From Eledone cirrhosa (Eukaryota): a stretch of DNA of 64,000 bases. The stretch lies in contig OZ024745.1 in NCBI GenBank assembly GCA_964016885.1, positions 32,984,001 to 33,048,000 on the forward strand, written 5' to 3'. The notes beneath the pieces are model-generated. The model was not told the origin of the DNA. It made no database searches and saw only the letters and a list, made by a program, of their open reading frames with translations. This document shows, piece by piece, positions 52,046 to 64,000 of this stretch. Position 1 is the stretch's first letter. Each line of letters opens with the position of its first letter. Both the position numbers and the translations under genes were made by a program.

Positions 52046-52141
52046 ATTGTTTCTACTTTTGGCACAAGGCCATCAATTACCCAGTACATTACTGGTACTT
52101 TATTTTATCGACCCCGTAAGGATGAAAGGCAAAGTTAACCT
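52046..52141 (-). mobile_element. SINE 3' half embedded in the TA satellite
   Basis: AATTGTTTCTACTTTTGGCACAAGGCC..GGCAAAGTTAACC family body. Confidence 0.8.
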
Positions 52142-52734
52142 TAATATATTATGTATATAATATATTATATATATTATGTATATAATATATTATATATAAT
52201 ATATAATATATAATATAATATATATAATATATAAATATAATATATAATATATATATAATATATATTATATATATAATATATATAATATATTATATATATA
52301 TAATATATATAATATATTATATATATAATATATTATATATATAATATATATATAATATATATAATATATATATAATATATATATATATAATATATATATA
52401 TAATATATATAATATATATAATATATATATAATTATATATATATAATATATATATATAATATATAATATAATATATATATATATAATATATATATATATT
52501 ATATATATATTATATATATATATATTATATATATTATATATATTATATATATATATTATATATATATATAATATATATAATATTTATATATATAATATAT
52601 ATAATATATATATATAATATATATAATATATATATAATATATAATATATATAAATATATATATATATAATATATATATATATAATATTATATATATAATA
52701 TATATATATATAATATAATATATATTTTATAATT

Positions 52735-52793
<59 letters not shown>

Positions 52794-52929
52794 ATTATAT
52801 ATATATATAATATATATATATATAATATATATATATATAATATATATATATATAATATATATATATATATATAATATATATATATATTATATATATAATA
52901 TATATATATAATATATATATATATAATAT

Positions 52930-52961
<32 letters not shown>

Positions 52962-53039
52962 ATATATAATAATATATATATATATATATAATATGTATAT
53001 ATATAATATATATATATATAATATATATATAAATAATAT

Positions 53040-53071
<32 letters not shown>

Positions 53072-53129
53072 ATATATATATATAATATTTATATAATATA
53101 TATATATATATATAATATGTATATATATA

Positions 53130-53172
<43 letters not shown>

Positions 53173-53188
53173 AATATATATAATATAT

Positions 53189-53233
<45 letters not shown>

Positions 53234-53408
53234 TATATATATATAATATATATAATATATATATATATATATAATATATATATAATATATATAATATATA
53301 TAATATATATAATATATATAATATATATAATATATATATATATATATTATATAATATATATATATAATATATAATATATATATATATATATATAATATAT
53401 ATATATAT

Positions 53409-53441
<33 letters not shown>

Positions 53442-53731
53442 ATATATATATAATATATATAATATATATAATATATATAATATATATAATATATATAAAA
53501 TATATATAATATATATATAATATATATATAATATATATATAATATATATAATATATATATAATATATATAATATATATATAATATATATAATATATATAT
53601 AATATATATAATATATATATAATATATATAATATATATATAATATATATTAATATATATATAATATATATATAATATATATATAATATATATATAATATA
53701 TATAATATATATATATATATATAATATATAT

Positions 53732-53783
<52 letters not shown>

Positions 53784-53784
53784 T

Positions 53785-53860
<76 letters not shown>

Positions 53861-53914
53861 TAATATATATATTATATATATATATATAATATAATATATA
53901 ATATATATATATAT

Positions 53915-53946
<32 letters not shown>

Positions 53947-53952
53947 ATATAT

Positions 53953-54019
<67 letters not shown>

Positions 54020-54365
54020 TATATATAATATATATATAATATATATAATATATATATATATATAATATATATAATAATATATATATATATATAATATATA
54101 TATAATATATATAATAATATATATATAATATATATAATAATATATATATATATATATAATATATATATAATATATATATAATATATATAATAATATATAT
54201 ATATATATATAATATATATATAATATATATATAATATATATAATAATATATATATATATAATATATATATATATATATAATATATATATAATATATATAT
54301 ATATATAATATATAATATATATATATATATAATATATATATATATATATAATATATATATAATAT

Positions 54366-54418
<53 letters not shown>

Positions 54419-54482
54419 ATATATATAATATATATATATATATAATATATATATATATAATATATATATATATATAATATAT

Positions 54483-54514
<32 letters not shown>

Positions 54515-54615
54515 ATATATATAATATATATATATAATATATATATATATATATAATATATATATATATATAATATATATATACATATATATATATATAA
54601 TATATATATATATAT

Positions 54616-54650
<35 letters not shown>

Positions 54651-54749
54651 ATATATAATATATATATATAATATATATATATATATATAATATATATATA
54701 TATATAATATATATATACATATATATATATATAATATATATATATATAT

Positions 54750-54784
<35 letters not shown>

Positions 54785-55471
54785 ATATATAATATATAAT
54801 ATATATATAATATATATGTATATATATATATAATATATATAATATATATATAATATATGTAATATATATATAATATATGTAATATATATATTATATATAT
54901 AATATATATATAATATATGTAATATATATATAATATATGTAATATATATATTATATATATATATAATATATATACTATATATATAATATAAATATATATA
55001 ATATATATAATATATATATATAATATATATATAATATATATAATATATATATAATATATATATAATATATATAATATATATATAATATATATATTATATA
55101 TATAATATATATATAATATATATATATATATAATAAATATATATATATATATAATATATATATAATATATATATATAATATATATATAATAATATATATA
55201 TATAATATATATATATAATATATATAATATATATATATAATATATATGTATATATTATATATATAATATATATTATATATATAATATATATATATATATT
55301 ATATATATAATATATATATATATATTATATATATAATATATATATATATATTATATATATAAATATATAATATATTATATATATAATATATATTATATAT
55401 TATATATATAATATATATATATATATTATATATATAATATATATATATATATTATATATATAATATATATA

Positions 55472-55577
<106 letters not shown>

Positions 55578-55658
55578 ATATATATATATATATATTATAT
55601 ATATAATATATATATATATATTATATATATATATATTATATATATATATATATATATT

Positions 55659-58089
55659 ACATCCACAATGTAAAGGTGACACCAACAATTCTCTCGGATC
55701 ATAACTTGGTAGAGCTAATGATATGTGGTCCAAGAGAACCAACAGAGACAAAACCACCAAGGTCCGGGACGCTATCCAGCCTTAACTTCTACGGGGCTGA
55801 CTGGAAGAAGATTAAGAGTGAAATCCGGAAGCAAACATGGAGTGCAAACATCGCCACACAAGACACTAACACACAATTTCAACACTTCATGACAACGATA
55901 CACACCATATGCAAAAAGTGTGTCCCGGAGAAAGAGGCAAACAGACACAAAAATCTTATTCCCAGAGATAGGAAAATCCTTATGAGACGTAGAACTAAAC
56001 TCTCAAACCAGTTGAATAGTCAACAAAACCAAAACAAGAAGGAATCCTATTTGAAACGTGCACTACTTGACACCGAGATTGCACTCAAGCTTTCACATGA
56101 GAATGAGAGGGCAAGGAAAGAGAACAGGGCCATAGAAAACATTAAAACAAACCCTAAGGCCTTCTTTAAATTTGCAAAAGAAACTGCCTCAGTACACTGC
56201 AAGATTGGGCCACTCTTCCACACGGACGGTTCATTAACCGAAAACCCCCAAGAGATATGTGAAATACTGAACGAACAGTACAAAAGTGTCTTCACATGTC
56301 CACTGAGGCACATGCAAATAACGAAGCCAGAGGAGTTCTTTGATGCCACAACACTACATCAAGAAATGGCAACCATCAACCACATAGACATAACGGAGGA
56401 GGATGTGGTGTACGCCATTGATGAAATTAGAACAGACTCGGCTGCTGGACCTGATGGATTCCCAGCAGTTCTCCTAAAAATATGTAAGCGGGCCTTAGCA
56501 ACTCCACTGAAGATGCTCTTCAGAAGCTCCTTGGCTAGCGGTGTACTACCCAGGGAGCTGAAAGAAGGCACAATATGCCCTATCCATAAAGGAGGTAGTA
56601 GAGCGGAGGCCAAGAACTATAGGCCAGTCTCCCTGACGTCGCATATCAGTAAGGTCATGGAGCGAGTCGTCAGAAAGAAACTAATCACTTTCCTCGAAGA
56701 AAATGACCGCCTGACTAGCACGCAACATGGCTTCCGCCCAGGAAGAAGCTGCCTTACACAGCTGCTACATCACTATGACTGGGTACTGAGACAGCTAGTA
56801 GACAGCTCACATGTAGACGTGATATATCTTGACTTTGCGAAGGCCTTTGACAAGGTCGACCACGGAATGATATGTCACAAACTACACGGACTCGGCATAA
56901 CTGGAAAAGTAGGTGAGTGGCTGCATGGCTTCCTAAGGGACAGAATCCAGGCAGTCGCAGCAAATGGGGCCCTCTCGAGGGAAATACCGATAACAAGTGG
57001 GGTGCCTCAGGGGACAGTCCTGGGACCACTACTGTTTTTGGTGGCTCTCTCGGACATGCCCTCTGTGGTGCATGCAACAACATCCCTCACTAGCTATGCT
57101 GATGACACTAAGGTAGCACAGGCAATCAAAAACCCGGCTGACGCTGCCCTCTTACAGCAGGATCTGGATGCCATATACAGATGGGCGGAAGAAAACAACA
57201 TGCAGTTTAATGCTGGCAAATTCCAAGCCCTACAATACAAACCTGCAAACACAAACACAAATATAGCGGAACACAGCTACACAGGACCAGGAGGGACCGA
57301 TATCCCCGTGTCAAAATCGATACGAGACCTGGGCATAGACATGAGCGATGATGCATCTTTTTCTTCACACATCATGAAGGTGGCGACAGCATGTAGACGA
57401 TTCGCTGGCTGGATCTTGAGGACTTTCCTTACAAGAGATCGAGACACCATGTTGACACTGTGGAGGACTTTTGTCCTAAGCCGCCTGGACTACTGCTCCC
57501 AGCTGTGGTCACCCCATAGTGTCAAACTAACCACAGAGCTTGAGGCAATCCAGCGAAGCTACACCAAGAGGATTGCCAAGATGAGGGAGACAAGCTACTG
57601 GGAGAGGCTGAAGGAACTGAACCTCTACTCTTTGGAGCGAAGACGGGAGAGATACGCAGTGATCTACATGTGGAAAATCCTGGAGGGACTAGCACCAAAC
57701 TTTGGCATTGGGAGCTGGACCAACCGTCAAACAGGACGTCACTGTGTGGTGCCAAAGGTCCCGTCTTCCACATCTAGAATAAGGAGCAGGTATTGCAATA
57801 GCCTGGGATTCAAGGGCCCTCAACTCTTCAACAAGCTGCCGAGGCATCTGCGAGACTTGCATGACGTGGAGGTGGATGTCTTTAAGAAACATCTCGACAC
57901 CTTGTTATCCAGGATCCCGGATTAGCCCACAGCAAGACACGAGGGAAACCTAAGGGCAGCAGCAACAAACTCCCTCCTACACCAGTGGCCAACCTGTACA
58001 GGCTGGAGATAAAATGTGTAGCAACAAGGGCAGTGCCCCAGCATGGCCTCAGCCGGATGGCTGAAACAGGTACAAGAGTAAAAGAGTAA
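55659..58089 (+). mobile_element. 5'-truncated, young CR1/L2-group LINE
   Basis: Uninterrupted 749-codon frame (55676-57925) with 'SDH' (end of APE), 'NYRPVSLTS', 'QHGFRPGRSC', 'YLDFAKAFDKV', 'GVPQGTVLGPLLF', 'YADD', 'LYSLERRR'. Short 3' UTR with a stem-loop and AAGAGTAA tail. Confidence 0.93.
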
Positions 58090-58095
58090 TATATA

Positions 58096-58143
<48 letters not shown>

Positions 58144-58169
58144 ATATATATATATATATTATATATATA

Positions 58170-58200
<31 letters not shown>

Positions 58201-58321
58201 ATAATATATATGTATATATATATATAATATATATGTATATATTATATATATATATAATATATATGTATATATTATATATATAATATATATATATATCTTA
58301 TATATATAATATATATATCTA

Positions 58322-58660
58322 TCTATCTATCTAAGGCGGGTAAAAATTCCCGAGATCCATGGACGAGTTCTCTCCAGCGGTCTCTGTCCCTCATTATCGC
58401 TGCCATATCCTGCATCTCCAACAGACCAGTGTCTGTCCTTAGGGCATCAACATATGTTAACCTTGGTCTTCCCCTTCTAGTGTGTCCATGTAGGGGCTCA
58501 CAAAGGAGCACTGAGTGCAATGTCAACTCTGGATGTCGGTGAGCATGTCCAGCCAACCTCACTCTCCACTGTTGAGCTGACTTTTGGGATGCTCCCATAG
58601 AGCTCTGAGTTTTTCATCCTCAGTGTATACTGATTAATGTTCAGAGCCATCCTCAGCATT
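58322..58660 (-). mobile_element. 3' fragment of an RTE/RTEX-like LINE
   Basis: 'RLAGHAHRHPE..GRPRLTYVDAL..DRDRWR' C-terminus and (GATA)n tail. Confidence 0.7.
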
Positions 58661-59138
58661 CTTATATATTATATATCTTATATATGTATATATTATATAT
58701 ATAATATATATGTATATATTATATATATAATATATATATATATATCTTATATATATATAATATATATATATATAATATATATATATATCTTATATATATA
58801 TAATATATATATATATCTTATATATATATAATATATATATATATATAATATATATATATATCTTATATATATATAATATATATATATATAATATATATAT
58901 ATATCTTATATATATATAAGATATATATATATATATTATATATATAATATATACATATATATTATATATAATATATATATATATAATATATATATATACA
59001 TATATATTATATATAATATATATATATATAAATATATATATATAATATATATATTATATATAATATATATATATATAATATATATATATAATATATATAT
59101 ATAATAATATATATATATATAATATATATATATATCTT

Positions 59139-59169
<31 letters not shown>

Positions 59170-59288
59170 CTTATATATATATAATATATATATATATAAT
59201 ATATATATTATATATATATTATAATATATATATTATATATATATATAATATATTATATATATATGATATATAATATATATAATATATA

Positions 59289-59321
<33 letters not shown>

Positions 59322-59576
59322 AAAATATATATATATATATATATATAAAAATATATTATATATATATATATATATAAAAATATATTATATATATATATAT
59401 ATAAAAATATATTATATATATATATATAAAAATATATTATATATATATATATATAAAAATATATTATATATATATATATATAAAAATATATTATATATAT
59501 ATATATAAAAATATATTATATATATATATATATAATATATTATATATATATATATATAATATATTTTTATATAATA

Positions 59577-59617
<41 letters not shown>

Positions 59618-59634
59618 TATATAATATATAATAT

Positions 59635-59666
<32 letters not shown>

Positions 59667-59747
59667 ATAATATATATATATTATAATATATATATATATA
59701 ATATATATATATATATAATATAATATATATATATATATAATATATAT

Positions 59748-59778
<31 letters not shown>

Positions 59779-60000
59779 ATATATATATAATATAATATAT
59801 ATATATATATAATATATATATATAATATATAATATATATATAATATATAATATATATATAATATATAATATATATATAATATATCATATATATATAATAT
59901 ATAATATATATATATATATATATAGTATATATAATAGATCATATATATATAATATAATATATCATAATATATATATATTATATATATATATTATATATAT

Positions 60001-61417
60001 CATTGCTGTTCGTATGCAGGCATAATACAGCCTGCCTTTGATTTTTAGAGAACCCTTTAGCGGCTAATAGTGGTATAAGCTCTCGCAACTTTTTCCATCC
60101 AGTTCTAACTCTAGCTACTGTACTTTCAGAGCACCCTCCACCACTGCTGATTTTGCCACCCAAGTAACGGAAGGTGTCCACTATTTCTATAGAACCATCT
60201 GTGCAATGGAATGAACTAGTATTCTGTGGGCACTTGCTGCTACTTATTGCACCTGAGCACCGGCCACATATAAATTCTATGTTCTTAGTTAGCTTACCTG
60301 TGATCCCACTACATCTTTTATGCACCCATACTTTGCATTTGGGACATAAAATGGAGTTTCTACCTACTCCTTTCCTACATACTGAGCATGGCCATTTCCC
60401 GGATGGGACCGGTGCCCTATTTTCCTTCCTACAAACTAGAACTTTAGTCTTAGACAGGTTAATTTTGAGGCCTTTTGATTCTAGGCCATGCTTCCATGTT
60501 TGGAATTTCTTCTCTAGTTCAGCCATTGATTCAGCTATGAGCGTTAGATCATCTGCGTATAGGAGTTCCCATGGGCAGCCGGTCTTGAACTCCACTGTTA
60601 TAGCCTGAAGGGCAATAATAAATAGTAGGGGGCTAAGAATGGAGCCCTGATGAACACCAACTTTTACGCTAAACTCTTCACTATATTCGTTGTTAATTCT
60701 AACCTTGTGGACTGTTTCTTTATACATGGCTTGTATAGCTCTCACAAGCCATTCATCAACACCTAGTTTTCTAAGAGCCCACCAGATAATGGAACGGGGG
60801 GACTCTGTCGAAGGCTTTCTCCAAGTCGACAAAAGCTAAGTATAGGGGGTTTACTTTTAGCTAGGTACTTCTCCTGTAGTTGTCGTACAATGAAAAGAGC
60901 GTCTGTGGTACTTTTACCTGACACAAACCCGAACTGCATTTCATCTAGATCAATTCTCTCTCTGATTAGTTGCGCTATTACTTTTTCTGTGACCTTCATG
61001 ACCTGGTCAATTAATTTAATGCCTCTATAGTTTCCCCTATCTAGGGCATCTCCTTTACCCGTGTAGCAGTTAATGATGATGCTATCTGGGTGACCATAGT
61101 GTGTCCCACCATGCCAGATGCTTTCAGCATTTCAGCAACTATTTCCGAAGGCCCAGCCGCCTTGCCTGTCTTCATATCTTTGATCGCCTTACTTATTATA
61201 CTACCTTCGACTAACACTGCCGGTCCCTCTATTGGATCGATGTGGGGGAGACTGTCTTTCTCCCAATTATTCTCCTCATTTAGTAGCCTTTTGTAGTGAC
61301 ACTTTCAAGCTACCTTCTTATCAGCGTCAGTGATGGCATGTACACCATCATCATTAAGACACACTTCTCTCCAACAATATCACGGTTTTCCTTGACACAT
61401 TGCCTAGCAATCCTGAT
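60001..61417 (-). mobile_element. RTE LINE central (RT) fragment
   Basis: 'QFGFVSGKSTTDA', 'GVHQGSILSPLLF', 'LYADD'. Overlaps the 46.3-47.6 kb copy in sequence. Confidence 0.92.
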
Positions 61418-61738
61418 GATATATATATATATAAATAAATAAATATAAATATATATATATAAATAAATAAATATAAATATATATATATAAATAAATAAAT
61501 ATAAATATATATATATAAATAAATATAAATATATATATATATAAATAAATATAAATATATATATATATATAAATAAATATAAATATATATATATATAAAT
61601 AAATATAAATATATATATATAAATAAATATAAATATATATATATAAATAAATATAAATATATATATATAAATAAATATAATTATATATATATAAATAAAT
61701 ATAAATATATATATGAATATATATATATATATATATAA

Positions 61739-61770
<32 letters not shown>

Positions 61771-61863
61771 TATAAATATATATATATATATATAAATATA
61801 TATAAATAAATATATATATATATATAAATATATATAAATAAATATATAAATATATATAAATAA

Positions 61864-61918
<55 letters not shown>

Positions 61919-61986
61919 TAAATATAAATATATAAATATATATATATATATAAATAAATAAATATAAATATATAAATAAATATATA

Positions 61987-62720
61987 TCATCATCATCATC
62001 ATCATCAACGTTTAACGTCCGTGTTCCACGCTTGCATGGGTTTGGACGGGGGTAGTCCCACTTGAGGCAAGAGTGATTGTCTTGCTCGCATAGGACTGTC
62101 TGGCAGGTTTTCTACAGTTGGATGCCCTTCCTAACACCAACCACATTTACAGTGTGGGTCTGGGAGGTTTTTACCGTGTTGCCTACACGGCCACATTACA
62201 GCGTGGACTGTGTGTTTTTTTGTCGTGACACCTACACGATCTCATTTGTTTCGGCCTCGATGGCGCGGCACCAACATAACTTTACATAGAACGGGGTGTA
62301 TTTTGTTAGAGATGCCTACTGGCTGGAGTAGGTTTTACTATATATTTAGGTAAGGCGGGTCTTCTCTGTTACTGAGTACCGCCAAAGGTCTCGGTCCAGT
62401 GACATTGTCTTGGAGAGGTGTAAGTGTGTGATGTCGGAGTTTATCAGCTCGTCCCAGGTTTTTCTAGGTCTGCCTATTCCGTGACTACCGTCTATCTTTA
62501 TTGCCCTGCACTTTGTTATACAGCTATCGACTTTCATGCGCATCACGTGTCCATACCAACGTAGCCTTCTCTCGAGTAAACAACATCTGATCCCTCTTAT
62601 CTCTAATTTTTTCCTTAGTTCGTTTATGCTTTGCCGTTCACGTATATTACTGTTACACATCCAGCGGAGCATGCAAGCTTCGTTCCTCTCTAGTCTGCGT
62701 ATATCCTCTGCACACAATGC
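61987..62720 (-). mobile_element. RTE LINE 3' end with (GAT)n tail
   Basis: ORF end 62346-62717 and a 3' UTR closely similar to 46345-47090. Confidence 0.92.
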
Positions 62721-63634
62721 ATATATATATAAATAAATATGTATATATAAAATAAATATGTATATATATATAAATAAATATATATATATATAGTATATAT
62801 ATAAATAAATATATATATATATATATAAATAAATATATATATATATATATAAATAAATATATATATATATATATAAATAAATATATATATATATAAATAA
62901 ATATATATATATATAAATAAATATATATAAATATATATAAATATATATAAATATATATAAATATATATATATAAATATACGATATTAAACAAATGGAAAC
63001 TACATTTATAAAACCATATTTATTTCATTATATATATTTCAGGGATATCATATTAAAAATATGGTATGCCCTCTTCAGACAAAATACAATATATAAACAG
63101 TTTTATAAATAAATTTGACATACCTTAAAAAATTTTACAACTTCCATTTAAAAAGTTGTTATGGTAGTGAAAATGTTAACGACAGTTAGAAGAAAGACGG
63201 GAGAAAAAAAGAAAAAAAGAAAAAGAAGGAAAAAGAAAAAGAAAGAGCGGAAGGTGAAGAAGATGAAGAAATGTATGTAAAGAGAAAAACACCAAATGAG
63301 AGATTTATGAGGGAAGGGGGTACTGTAATTATTTATTTATTTATTTAGTGTTAAGGATACGGGGAGAAATAAAAACAAAAATAAATAAGGAGAGGTAGAT
63401 CGAGTAATATCTATTATACGAGGTGGGAGAGATAGGGGAGGGGTGAGATACAGGAGATAGAGTTAAAACAGCCGATACATAAGTCCCGTCAATATCAGTT
63501 ATAAAATATTTACTCGTTGTAACCCAACAATTTTAAATAAAACTTTTGCATATATATAAATATATATATAAATAAATATATATATATATATATGTAAATA
63601 AATATATATATATATATATATATATGTAAATAAA

Positions 63635-63668
<34 letters not shown>

Positions 63669-63685
63669 TAAATATATATATGTAA

Positions 63686-63736
<51 letters not shown>

Positions 63737-64000
63737 TATAAATATATATATAAATATATAAATATATATATAAATATATATATATAAATATAAATATATA
63801 TTTATGTAAATATATATATAAATATATATATAAATAATATATATATATAAATATATATATAAAAACAAATAACGAAACGAAATTAAATTTCGTTTCGTTT
63901 GTAACTCACTTTTGTATGACTTACGCTTAAATATATATATATAAATAAATAATATATATATATAAATATATATATATAAATAAATAATATATATATATAA

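Overview
AT-rich, repeat-dense animal genomic DNA. The tRNA-derived SINEs, RTE LINEs and very long (TA)n tracts point to an octopod cephalopod; this is inferred, not verified. The only host protein-coding sequence I can support is the terminal exon of a Rab39 gene (38576-38999, minus strand). Its upstream intron fills the rest of the window and holds a >10 kb TA satellite loaded with LINE and SINE insertions. The most notable feature is an apparent non-coding, 5'TOP/TCT-initiated multi-snoRNA host gene on the minus strand (~19.5-24.4 kb). It carries six U14 copies, a U25 homologue, a further box C/D snoRNA and a box H/ACA snoRNA. The last two both appear aimed at one LSU rRNA uridine, the equivalent of yeast U2347. 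A decayed, head-to-head inverted duplicate of this host gene lies on the plus strand (~25.2-31.4 kb). Also present: one intact and one degenerate tRNA-Pro(CGG), palindromic Penelope-type repeats with type I hammerhead ribozyme cores on both strands, CRE-, R4-, RTE- and CR1-like retroelements, hAT and mariner remnants, and a 739-bp foldback element with an 8-bp target-site duplication (TSD). Most ORFs in the supplied track are microsatellite or antisense artefacts.
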